From an uncultured Candidatus Saccharibacteria bacterium (GTDB lineage Bacteria > Patescibacteriota > WWE3 > UBA101185 > UBA10185): a DNA stretch of 64,000 bases. Location of the stretch: contig CAYLMU010000002.1 in assembly GCA_964385105.1 (NCBI GenBank), positions 122,583 through 186,582 on the forward strand, in the 5' to 3' direction. The notes under the pieces were generated by a model that was given only the letters and a program-made list of their open reading frames with translations, was not told the origin of the DNA and searched no databases. This document shows positions 39,408 through 48,396 of this stretch, piece after piece. The position numbers and the translations under genes are program-made. The stretch's first letter is position 1. Each line of letters opens with the position of its first letter.

Positions 39408-40040
39408 TTCACTTTTCCCCTACAATTCGGGGCTTGATAAATGCCTCTTTGCCTTTAATCCCCTACAATTCGGGGACTTACATGTTCATCATATGCCTTT
39501 AATCCCCTACAATTCGGGGTGAGACTTGTATCATACTGCCTTTAATCCCCTACAATTCGGGGTACCTCTTTTTGACCCATGCCTTTAATCCCCTACAATT
39601 CGGGGTTGCCCTTGTCAGACGGTAGCCTTTAATCCCCTACAATTCGGGGTATCAGGGTTTGGCTTGTAGCCTTTAATCCCCTACAATTCGGGGAAAATGG
39701 ATAAGGATATAGCCTTTAATCCCCTACAATTCGGGGAGACTTTAGACAGTGCTGAGCCTTTAATCCCCTACAATTCGGGGTGTAGCTCCACAGGGTATTG
39801 CCTTTAATCCCCTACAATTCGGGGTATGGAAAACATGGTCATGCCTTTAATCCCCTACAATTCGGGGAAATCCTACGTTGTTTGACGCCTTTAATCCCCT
39901 ACAATTCGGGGCTAGGGTTAGTTCAGTTTGCCTTTAATCCCCTACAATTCGGGGCACAGTTACCGAGAGTAAGCCTTTAATCCCCTACAATTCGGGGTAA
40001 TGGGTGTTCGTTTTGGCCTTTAATCCCCTACAATTCGGGG
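39408..40040 (-). CRISPR. CRISPR array: 14 identical 25-nt repeats plus 1 degenerate terminal repeat, 14 spacers of 18-19 nt
   Basis: Repeat CCCCGAATTGTAGGGGATTAAAGGC (minus strand); copies start at 39451, 39495, 39538, 39581, 39625, 39669, 39712, 39756, 39800, 39843, 39887, 39930, 39973, 40016; degenerate copy at 39408-39432. Confidence 0.98.
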
Positions 40041-40143
40041 AGTTTACCCGATATATGCTTTATTTAAAGTACAAATTAATATAATATATATATAAATTAA
40101 CCTCATTAATTGGTTAATTACGCGTGATTATAGCATATTTCTT
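40041..40143 (-). promoter_or_regulatory. AT-rich CRISPR leader / divergent cas1 promoter region
   Basis: AT-rich 103-bp gap at the end opposite the degenerate repeat. Confidence 0.7.
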
Positions 40144-41121
40144 ATGCAGATACCTAAAGATCCTGCTTGGATACCATATTTACAGACAGCAACACTAATA
40201 GGAAACGACAAAGTTAATATTAAATACAATGACGGTGAAACTATAATTCATCCATCTAGTACATTGTCTCTTTTAATTTATGGAGATTGCAATGATTTGC
40301 CAATAGAAGTAATTGAAGAATTTGGTAGATATGGTGTTCCTATTATCTTTCATAAAAGAAATATCTCAAAAAATATATGGATAAGTAATGGTCCTCGGGC
40401 TGATAAAAACGACACACTAACTAAGCAAATATTACTTAGGAATGACTTGAGAAGAAAAACATATATATCAAGAGTACTGATTTATAATAAATTTAAATAT
40501 TTTGATGAGTTATTTAATATAAGTATACCTAAGTTAAGTGGAATGACAGTAAGCCAAATAAGAATCACAGAGGCTAAGGTTTCTAGAGTTTATTGGAGAA
40601 GTTATTATAATGGACTTGAACAACCTTCTTGGACTAGAAGGTCAAATAATCCCGTTTCTTTTGCTTTGGATGCATGTTCAAAATTTATTGCAGGGATAAT
40701 TCTAAGATGGATAAGCTATCACCACATGTCACCATATCACGGATTCTTACATATACCTACTGATTATCCAAGTTTAGTATATGATCTTATGGAACCGTAT
40801 AGATACATTAGTGATCTGGCTGTAGCAAAAGCTTATATTGAAAGCAAAACTCAAGACAAAGAAAAGCTTACGGCAATGTCAATTTCTAATTTAAAAGACG
40901 AATTAAATAAAGAAATATATTGTATTCAAACAAGACAATTGCTTAGAAGACAGCAGCTATTGCATGGCATATGTTTAAGTCTACGGGCATACTTATTAGG
41001 TGAAGGTAAAAGATTTATTGTTCCAACAGAAGGTGAAACAAGAAAGGGTAGACGAATTAAAACTAACTTTGTAATCCCAGGCAAGAGTGCAGGTTACACT
41101 AAATTAGTTTTAGGCAGCTGA
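40144..41121 (+). CDS. cas1: CRISPR-associated integrase Cas1
   Basis: EAKVSRVYW, YHGFLH, SLVYDLMEPYR (catalytic E/H/E positions); next to array. Confidence 0.93.
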   Translation: MQIPKDPAWIPYLQTATLIGNDKVNIKYNDGETIIHPSSTLSLLIYGDCNDLPIEVIEEFGRYGVPIIFHKRNISKNIWISNGPRADKNDTLTKQILLRNDLRRKTYISRVLIYNKFKYFDELFNISIPKLSGMTVSQIRITEAKVSRVYWRSYYNGLEQPSWTRRSNNPVSFALDACSKFIAGIILRWISYHHMSPYHGFLHIPTDYPSLVYDLMEPYRYISDLAVAKAYIESKTQDKEKLTAMSISNLKDELNKEIYCIQTRQLLRRQQLLHGICLSLRAYLLGEGKRFIVPTEGETRKGRRIKTNFVIPGKSAGYTKLVLGS

Positions 41122-41221
41122 AATTTTATATAGAATCTGTTGTTTGTACCCAATAGCTTATTAATAGGTTTGATTATAACTTAGGGAATGAAGTTATTAT
41201 ATGTCGATACCATGCCCATTC

Positions 41222-41298
41222 TGGTCGGGGTGGCAGGACTCGAACCTGCGGCCTCACGGTCCCAAACCGCGCACTCTAGCCAACTGAGCTACACCCCG
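41222..41298 (-). tRNA. tRNA-Pro(TGG)
   Basis: CGGGGTG acceptor stem, anticodon TGG, CCA. Confidence 0.95.
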
Positions 41299-41421
41299 CA
41301 AAAAGTTCAATGAAAATTAAAAATACAGTTTCACTACACCATTTACACTAGAAACAATCGCTATTGTATCATAATTTCGCATTGTAATTAGGTATCTTAA
41401 TTAAAAAGTAACTACAGGGAT

Positions 41422-42672
41422 TTATTCACTACGCTCTATTGCATAAATCACACCTGCTCTATCATCAGTCACCAAAAGCGTATTACCGTCAATAAATTTT
41501 ACGTCAACAGGTCTTCCCCATGCTTCCCCGTTGTTTTGCAGCCACCCTGTTGCAAAATCTCCAACTACTTTAGGCTCTGTGCTTATGTCAACTAAAACCA
41601 GCTTATAACCTGTTGGAACAGTTCTATTCCATGATCCATGATAAGCAATTAAAACATGTTCTCCGGTAGTCCAATCTGAACCTAATGGTAAAGGGGTAAT
41701 TCCTAGTGGAGCTGAATGTGCTGTCATCTCAACCACCGGAAATGCGGTTTCGTTTTCACAAAAACTCACATGGTCTGGATATTCAGGGCTTACAACACCT
41801 TGACCATGACAATATGGCCATCCGTAATGTTTACCCTTTTCTATTAAGTTAAGCTCCTCTGGAGGAATATTGTCGCCAATTAGGTCGCGTCCGTTATCAA
41901 CGCCCCATAATTTGTCAGATATAAAGGTAAAACCAACAGTATTTCGCAATCCTCGTGCAAATATTTCTTCACCGGAGCCGTCTAGATTATAAGTAACAAT
42001 TGCGGCACGTCTTTCATCGGTTTCATCACAAACATTGCAGCTTGAACCTACCGAAACATACAATTTATTGTCAGAGCCAACCTTTACAGTTCGTGTATTA
42101 TGCCCCGCGCCACTTGGCAAACCGGCAACAAGTACTTCTTTACTGTCATATTGCCCGTCTGCGCGTATGTTGTTATAAACCAAAATCTGATGTTCCTCAC
42201 CTACATATAAATTATTGTTATACCAGTCGATGCCATGAATGTTACGTAAGCCGGTATCAATAACTATTTCTTCATCAGCAACATTGTCTTTGTCGTTGTC
42301 AACAAAAAGTAAAACCTCACCTGTACCTTTGTCGGTTACATAAATATTTCCCGCATCATCGGTATCAAGAGATCTTGGAGCATTCATTCCTGCTGCAAAT
42401 ATATTTATTTTAAATCCCTCCGGAAGATTTACCGTGCGTGGTGTATTAAATGTGTTATTTTGATATTTTTCAGTAACTTCAATTTGTACCGGATGTAACG
42501 TCGTTAAATCTACAACACTAGAATCACTTTCATCCGACCCGAATTTGGGTACTATGCTTCCTTCTCTTACAAACGGAGATCGTGTTGTGTTATTTTGATT
42601 GAGCAGATAAAAATACCACGCTAAAGTTGCTCCACCTGCAAGTAAGATTATTAATAAAATTTTTTTAATCAT
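41422..42672 (-). CDS. PQQ-dependent sugar dehydrogenase / L-sorbosone dehydrogenase-like beta-propeller
   Basis: LYVSVGSSCNVC, FARGLRNTVG, HYGWPYC, HSAPLG, GRPVDV. Confidence 0.88.
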   Translation of the reverse strand: MIKKILLIILLAGGATLAWYFYLLNQNNTTRSPFVREGSIVPKFGSDESDSSVVDLTTLHPVQIEVTEKYQNNTFNTPRTVNLPEGFKINIFAAGMNAPRSLDTDDAGNIYVTDKGTGEVLLFVDNDKDNVADEEIVIDTGLRNIHGIDWYNNNLYVGEEHQILVYNNIRADGQYDSKEVLVAGLPSGAGHNTRTVKVGSDNKLYVSVGSSCNVCDETDERRAAIVTYNLDGSGEEIFARGLRNTVGFTFISDKLWGVDNGRDLIGDNIPPEELNLIEKGKHYGWPYCHGQGVVSPEYPDHVSFCENETAFPVVEMTAHSAPLGITPLPLGSDWTTGEHVLIAYHGSWNRTVPTGYKLVLVDISTEPKVVGDFATGWLQNNGEAWGRPVDVKFIDGNTLLVTDDRAGVIYAIERSE

Positions 42673-42674
42673 AC

Positions 42675-43382
42675 TTATAGTTCTGGAATCGTTTCTGACA
42701 GTATTATATCAAATGGTTTTGATTCATAAACCATACGTGAGTTGTTTATTAAATCTATTAAATGTACTTTGATCGTATAGGTACAGGTTTCTGTTGGTAA
42801 ACAAATAGGTGTTGTTTCATCTTTTTTGTCTATATTTCGCGAAAATTCCGACACAACAAAAACATCATTGCTGTTGTTTAAAAAGTATGCCCGGTCAAAA
42901 TGGCAATTCGCCCTAACAGAACAGTCTACAACACGCGCATCAATAATTTTGTCATCTTTTAAACCATAAATATGTACTTCATTTGGCTCGTACCCGTCAC
43001 GTTGAATACTTCTGTAATCTATAAAAAGTCTATTACTTGGTGCAAAAACCACATGTTCATTTTGCTCTTCAAGCAGCTTCTTTTGTTGAATATTTGTATC
43101 AAATTCTTCTCTTTTACCTTCTTCATCAATTGAGCTTATTGTCAGCCATTTTGTGTTATATATTTCATTTTCTTCAACAAGTGTAAAATCCTCAGCCTCT
43201 ATTTCAAAGCCTTTATTTTTTAAATTGGTCATCCATTTTTGAAATCCTTTGCTTTCTTCTACTTTTTCGGGGAGTCTTGAATTATCAACTGCCCTTTGTT
43301 CTGCATAATTTAACCCAGCACCGGCAAACACGAGTGTAAAAACTGCTACTGTAAGCGCGGATGAAATTAACTTTTTGTTCAT
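42675..43382 (-). CDS. Membrane-anchored hypothetical protein
   Basis: N-terminal TM from MNKKLISS; paired Cys. Confidence 0.7.
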   Translation of the reverse strand: MNKKLISSALTVAVFTLVFAGAGLNYAEQRAVDNSRLPEKVEESKGFQKWMTNLKNKGFEIEAEDFTLVEENEIYNTKWLTISSIDEEGKREEFDTNIQQKKLLEEQNEHVVFAPSNRLFIDYRSIQRDGYEPNEVHIYGLKDDKIIDARVVDCSVRANCHFDRAYFLNNSNDVFVVSEFSRNIDKKDETTPICLPTETCTYTIKVHLIDLINNSRMVYESKPFDIILSETIPEL

Positions 43383-43389
43383 GTTTTGA

Positions 43390-43908
43390 TTATACCTTAA
43401 TATAAAAACGCCATGGCTTTTTTGCCCAATTGCCGGCGTAATCAACATTTATTCTAGGTGATGTATGGATTATGTGTGGTTCTGTAATGTTTTTGTTGTC
43501 TTCAACCCAAATTCTATTACTTCTCGTAATATCTTCTCCATAAAATGATTTATCAATTTGTAGTGCTCTTGTAAGTTTACCCGGGCCGTCAAACCCTTCT
43601 ATTCCCCTAATTAATACTCCTTGGGGTTCAAGTTTGTTTCCGGTAACAATATTGAGCATGTAGTACATGCCATAAATTAAATAAATATATAAATGTCCTC
43701 CTTGTTCGTACATTATTCTTGTGCGCTCGGTTTTACCTTTACTTGCGTGGCAGGCTAAATCTTCTTCACCACGATAGGCTTCGGTTTCGGTGATCATTGA
43801 TTTTACAATGTTACCGTCAGAAAATTTTCGTACTAAAATTTTTCCAAGTAAGTCGGGAGCAATTTGTAACGCGTCTTGTTTAAAAAATTCTAAATTTAAT
43901 TTATTCAT
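43390..43908 (-). CDS. DNA-3-methyladenine glycosylase (MPG/AAG family)
   Basis: ITETEAY, YIYLIYGMY, GPGKLT, KPWRF. Confidence 0.93.
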   Translation of the reverse strand: MNKLNLEFFKQDALQIAPDLLGKILVRKFSDGNIVKSMITETEAYRGEEDLACHASKGKTERTRIMYEQGGHLYIYLIYGMYYMLNIVTGNKLEPQGVLIRGIEGFDGPGKLTRALQIDKSFYGEDITRSNRIWVEDNKNITEPHIIHTSPRINVDYAGNWAKKPWRFYIKV

Positions 43909-43948
43909 AAAAGTATTGACTTTACCAATTTATTTTGTATTATACATA

Positions 43949-44009
43949 TGCAGGTAAATTTATTTACCTGCAGTAAGGAGCTCTTAATTTTTTTTAAGAG
44001 CTCCTTTTT
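43949..44009 (+). ncRNA. Candidate two-hairpin small RNA or paired palindromic sites
   Basis: TTGACT-16-TATTAT upstream; 10-bp and 13-bp perfect stems, the last followed by a T-run. Confidence 0.35.
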
Positions 44010-44114
44010 GTTTGTTACACTTTTTTTACTATACTTTTTATTTTGCATTTTCATGGTTTATGTTTACCTGTCTTTAAAAATCCGTACTTCGTGATAAAAT
44101 CATAGTTGCAATGT

Positions 44115-44190
44115 GCACCTGTAGCTCAGAGGATAGAGCAGTTCCCTTCTAAGGAAAAGGTCGTAGGTTCGACTCCTACCAGGTGCGCCA
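44115..44190 (+). tRNA. tRNA-Arg(TCT)
   Basis: Cloverleaf, anticodon loop CT-TCT-AA, CCA. Confidence 0.93.
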
Positions 44191-44207
44191 TAAATATTGG
44201 CTACAAG

Positions 44208-44294
44208 GCCCGGGTGGCGGAATGGTATACGCGCCAGACTTAAAATCTGGTGGGAGAATATCCCTTGTGGGTTCGAGTCCCACCCTGGGCACCA
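44208..44294 (+). tRNA. tRNA-Leu(TAA)
   Basis: Long variable arm, anticodon TAA, CCA. Confidence 0.95.
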
Positions 44295-44419
44295 CTTGTA
44301 CTAAATAGCATTGTAAATTTCAAGTCAAAAATCCATTAAATTTATAGCGAAATTTTTAAAAGAAGCCTTTTCGAAATGAAAAAGGACAGTGTTCTTGGAG
44401 AAAACTGCCCTTTTTGGTA

Positions 44420-44950
44420 TTAAGCGTAGTACACTTTAGAGCCATCCGGAAGTTCCATTGGCTTTGTTCTGCTACTCTTCCACCTTTGTTCCGTAATTCT
44501 CAGCAGATCCGGAGCAAAGATTATCTGTGCCTGTGGCCAGCTGATAAAAGTAACATTTCCGTTAATTCTACCAGACAAGTCCCCATTAACAGGGTGGATT
44601 CCAGGATTGCTATTTTTTCCGAACTCAAATCTGGCACACAGATATGTTTTGTTTTTGGTATCTTCTAACTTATAAACAACGATGTTACCCATTCCTCTAT
44701 TCTTGAATGCTGCAGGTTTTGGATATAACCGATTTCCGCAGGTATTCCAGTACTTAATTATCCTAAATCGCAAATTGGGATGTAGGATACCTTCATCTGA
44801 TGGGAATAGCAAAAATGGCAAATTTGGATCATACTCATCAACAAACAACTCTAAAGAAAGTGGCTCAGAGCCAAATCCAAATATTACATTTTGCAACTTT
44901 CCCGTATTTTGCGGATACGGTCGTCCACACTGCATAAATCTCTTAATCAT
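44420..44950 (-). CDS. Hypothetical protein
   Basis: AAGGAG SD; terminator-like hairpin 44379-44415 downstream. Confidence 0.6.
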   Translation of the reverse strand: MIKRFMQCGRPYPQNTGKLQNVIFGFGSEPLSLELFVDEYDPNLPFLLFPSDEGILHPNLRFRIIKYWNTCGNRLYPKPAAFKNRGMGNIVVYKLEDTKNKTYLCARFEFGKNSNPGIHPVNGDLSGRINGNVTFISWPQAQIIFAPDLLRITEQRWKSSRTKPMELPDGSKVYYA

Positions 44951-45008
44951 TTCTTTTACTCCTTTTCTGATTTACTACAGTATAGAAAATCCTTATAAAA
45001 ATGCAAAT

Positions 45009-46313
45009 TTAAGATAAAAGTTGTAATAGTCTTCTTATTGAATACAATTTCTCAAGCGTTTCTAAGTCTTCTTCTGAGCCATTTTCAATAATGAAATAGG
45101 TAAGTTTTTCCATATCACTTTCAAATGGTGTATTATTTTCACGTTCAAGGGGTATAACACTTTGTACATTCTCAAAATGTTTTAATTCTTCAATGGCCAT
45201 CATTATTCTCTCATCATCAGGTTGTTCCACTCCCAAAATCCACTCAGAAATTACTTTATTGGCATCAGCAGAACCTTCTATAGGTATTTCGGGAGCCAGT
45301 ACTTTATTAAATGCGACAGTAAGTACATCAGACAACTCAACATTTTCACTGATTGCGTCATTTAATGCATCAAGCAAAGGATGCTTTTCTTGTTCAACAG
45401 GTATGATGTCTTCAACAACTTCCTTATTATTATGCACATGGGAATTATCAGGCATATGAGAACGGGCATTCCTATACATTTTCATCAGTCTCTTTACTCC
45501 TGCCTGATGTTTATTATCAACTACTGAAATATTTTGATTAAATTCAATTCTACCTTCAGTTATATCCTCAGCTAGTACTTTTTCCACAAAATTTATTAAG
45601 AAAACGTGTTGAAATGCTCTAAAATTCGCTTCACTGTCTCCTACATTCAATGAATCTACACTGGTATGTAATCTTTGTGTTCTAAGATTTCCAATTTCTG
45701 CGTCCATCGCAACTATATTGTCTCTTTTTCTGTGCATATCAAGTCTTAACGAGGTTAATTCTGTATTGTGTCCAGTAATAAATCTAAAATTCAGTTGCAT
45801 AGGAATATCTCCGATCACTTCATTACTCTCGCCTGTTCTTATAATTATTTCTGCTCCTGTTACTGTATCTTTGCCTATTTTTCCAAGGTGTACGTCACTG
45901 TCTGATGATCTAAACATTAACCTTACCTCATCAGAGGTATTGGAACTGATTTCAAGAGTAACATTGTCAACGGGAAAATTTTCCTGGTGTAAATTGGCGC
46001 AAAAGTCATTTAAGAATCTTAAAGCTTCTATACCTAATTCAATGCCTTCTTCAAATTCTTTTCTAATAGTTTCATCCAACTTATCATATTGAAGTGTTCT
46101 ATTAGTTGTTGCGATAGTTGCTTTTATAATACCAACAACTTCATCTGTTGCTTTTATAAGCATTTCTCTAGTTTCTGGCGCAAGAGTTGTGGGTGGCTGA
46201 AAAAGATTTTCAAGATTTTCTATAGTTGGAATGGCTTTTTCTTGGAAGAGGGATTCGTCTGGCGGGGTATTACTATTTTGTAAAATTTCCAGATTTGGTT
46301 TTGTTTGAGACAT
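45009..46313 (-). CDS. Hypothetical acidic protein (434 aa)
   Basis: Long ORF with TGnTAAAAT 6 nt before ATG; no motif recognised. Confidence 0.75.
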   Translation of the reverse strand: MSQTKPNLEILQNSNTPPDESLFQEKAIPTIENLENLFQPPTTLAPETREMLIKATDEVVGIIKATIATTNRTLQYDKLDETIRKEFEEGIELGIEALRFLNDFCANLHQENFPVDNVTLEISSNTSDEVRLMFRSSDSDVHLGKIGKDTVTGAEIIIRTGESNEVIGDIPMQLNFRFITGHNTELTSLRLDMHRKRDNIVAMDAEIGNLRTQRLHTSVDSLNVGDSEANFRAFQHVFLINFVEKVLAEDITEGRIEFNQNISVVDNKHQAGVKRLMKMYRNARSHMPDNSHVHNNKEVVEDIIPVEQEKHPLLDALNDAISENVELSDVLTVAFNKVLAPEIPIEGSADANKVISEWILGVEQPDDERIMMAIEELKHFENVQSVIPLERENNTPFESDMEKLTYFIIENGSEEDLETLEKLYSIRRLLQLLS

Positions 46314-46395
46314 GGTTCTATTTTAACAGTAGTTTAGTGGGAGCAACAAGTTTAAAGAAAGGACAAGTGTGAGCAAATTCACTTGTCCTTTAAAA

Positions 46396-46635
46396 TTATT
46401 CCAGAGAGGTAATGGTTGTAAATATACTTTCTGCCAAAGCCTCTCGGGCACAGGGTAGCTTTTTAAATGTTTTAACCCACCTTGTAATCTTAAGTTTCAA
46501 ATCTTTTGATTTTGGATCAAATATACGATACCTGTCACCATATGTTACCATAACAGAGTTGCAGGAATTCCCTTTCTCGTAAGTCACGGAGACCCCACAC
46601 AAATTACACAGAGTCATTATATTCTCCTTTTTCAT
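46396..46635 (-). CDS. Small Cys-containing hypothetical protein
   Basis: CNLC motif; hairpin 46358-46391 downstream. Confidence 0.5.
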   Translation of the reverse strand: MKKENIMTLCNLCGVSVTYEKGNSCNSVMVTYGDRYRIFDPKSKDLKLKITRWVKTFKKLPCAREALAESIFTTITSLE

Positions 46636-46717
46636 TAAATTTTAAATCAATTTATAGAGATTTTACTAAAAATGTGCGTAAGTGTCTATAGCTATAGGTT
46701 AAAAAATTAGACTTACT

Positions 46718-46791
46718 TGGAGCGGGATACGGGAGTCGAACCCGTTTCTTCACCTTGGAAGGGTGATGTTGAGCCGTTCAACTAATCCCGC
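46718..46791 (-). tRNA. tRNA-Gly(TCC)
   Basis: GCGGGAT acceptor stem, anticodon TCC, CCA. Confidence 0.93.
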
Positions 46792-46862
46792 CGATTCATA
46801 GGCAGTTGGCAGATTTCCAAGTGAACACTTCAATTGTTCATCGGCTGCTATAGTATAAATTA

Positions 46863-47324
46863 TCACATACCTTTAAGCAAATCCTTTTTCTTTTTGTTGT
46901 ACTCTTTTTGAGATATTCTTCCTTGGTTAAGCAATTCTTTAAGTCTGTTTAAGCTCATTTCAAAATTATCTATTTGTTTTGCACTATGTGCCCTTGGTTT
47001 ATCAAATAATTCCTGTTTATTGTGAACCTGGTATATTTTTTTATCCATAAAATTTTTTGCTTTTCTGGCTTGTTTGTTCCATATTCCTTTTATAGTGACG
47101 GGTTTATGTGCACCAGCCATAACAATTTCAAATTTAGAAAAAACCAGACCTTTATGAACATAAACATTAACAATATGATTGTAGTTTATTGTTATTTCAT
47201 CCTGGTAAATAAGCTTACGACGACGTTTATAAATCATCAAGTCGTCGTAAATATATAAATGCGGCTTAAACATTGTGTGGTTTACATATTTATTTCCTAC
47301 CAGAGTCATTACTAAATGTCGCAT
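46863..47324 (-). CDS. Bacterial PH-like domain plus SHOCT protein
   Basis: C-terminal L.RLKELL.QG.ISQKEY.KKKK.LL SHOCT motif. Confidence 0.75.
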   Translation of the reverse strand: MRHLVMTLVGNKYVNHTMFKPHLYIYDDLMIYKRRRKLIYQDEITINYNHIVNVYVHKGLVFSKFEIVMAGAHKPVTIKGIWNKQARKAKNFMDKKIYQVHNKQELFDKPRAHSAKQIDNFEMSLNRLKELLNQGRISQKEYNKKKKDLLKGM

Positions 47325-47436
47325 GTAAATAAATTATGTCAATTATTGTGTAAAATGCAAAATGGTAGTTATACTTGTTATAAGAATAAATTGAATATAA
47401 AATTTATTCAAGTTTGTAGTATATAATAAATTAGCT

Positions 47437-48396
47437 ATGACAAAAATTTATGATGTAATAATCCTTGGAGGTGGTCCTTCAGGATTGACAGCAGCAATAT
47501 ATGCTTCCCGAGCTGATTTAGACACGCTTGTTTTAGCCGGAAACCCTCCAGGAGGTCAGCTAATGCTTACATCAGATGTTGAAAATTATCCCGGATTCCC
47601 CGATGGAATACTGGGTCCTGAGTTAATTTCTAAATTTAGAAGTCAGGCCGAAAGGTTTAATGCCAATGTTGTAAATGAAAATGCACTATCACTCACCGGA
47701 ACCTTTGACATCGGTTTTACAATTGCAACCGACGAAAATAATGAATATAAAGGAAAAACAGTAATTATAGCTACAGGAGCATCGGCTAGGTGGTTGAATT
47801 TACCAAGTGAGCAAAGGTTAATGGGTAGAGGTGTTTCGGCATGTGCAACGTGTGACGGATTCTTTTTTAAAGATAAAACTGTCGCTGTTGTTGGTGCAGG
47901 TGATGCAGCAATGGAAGAAGCTACATTTTTAACAAAATTTGCATCAAAAGTGTATATTATTTGCAGGGGTGACAAAGAAAGTATGAGAGCGAGTAAAATA
48001 ATGCAAAGACGTGCTTTTGAAAACCCAAAAATTGAATTTTTATTTAATACTGTAGTCGAAGAAGTTTTAGGCGAAGAATCAGTAAATGGTCTGAAAATTA
48101 AAAATACAAACACAGAAGCTACATCTACACTTGATGATGTAAAAGGCTTTTTTGTGGCTATTGGTCACACTCCAAATACAGCGTTTTTAAAAGAATTTAT
48201 TAATCTTGACCCACACGGGTATGCAGTTGCGCAAAACAACACATATTCATCAAAACCCGGAGTTTTTATTGCGGGTGACGTCTATGACCACAGATACAGG
48301 CAAGCAATAACTGCGGCAGGTTATGGATGTATGGCCGCTATTGATGTTGAAAAATTTCTCGCATCCAGCGAAAATGAACTTATCGACAAAAAATAA
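47437..48396 (+). CDS. trxB: Thioredoxin reductase
   Basis: GGGPSG, GVSACATCDG, YRQAITAAG. Confidence 0.97.
   Translation: MTKIYDVIILGGGPSGLTAAIYASRADLDTLVLAGNPPGGQLMLTSDVENYPGFPDGILGPELISKFRSQAERFNANVVNENALSLTGTFDIGFTIATDENNEYKGKTVIIATGASARWLNLPSEQRLMGRGVSACATCDGFFFKDKTVAVVGAGDAAMEEATFLTKFASKVYIICRGDKESMRASKIMQRRAFENPKIEFLFNTVVEEVLGEESVNGLKIKNTNTEATSTLDDVKGFFVAIGHTPNTAFLKEFINLDPHGYAVAQNNTYSSKPGVFIAGDVYDHRYRQAITAAGYGCMAAIDVEKFLASSENELIDKK

Noticed and set aside
39798-39980. 60-aa ORF in the ORF track
   Set aside because: It is a translation of CRISPR repeats and spacers
39433-40015. Self-targeting spacers within this window
   Set aside because: No match noticed on reading; not exhaustively checked and needs a computational search
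46792-46850. tRNA-like or structured element upstream of tRNA-Gly
   Set aside because: Only short stems (CCGAT/ATCGG, TGAACA/TGTTCA); no T-arm or anticodon arm
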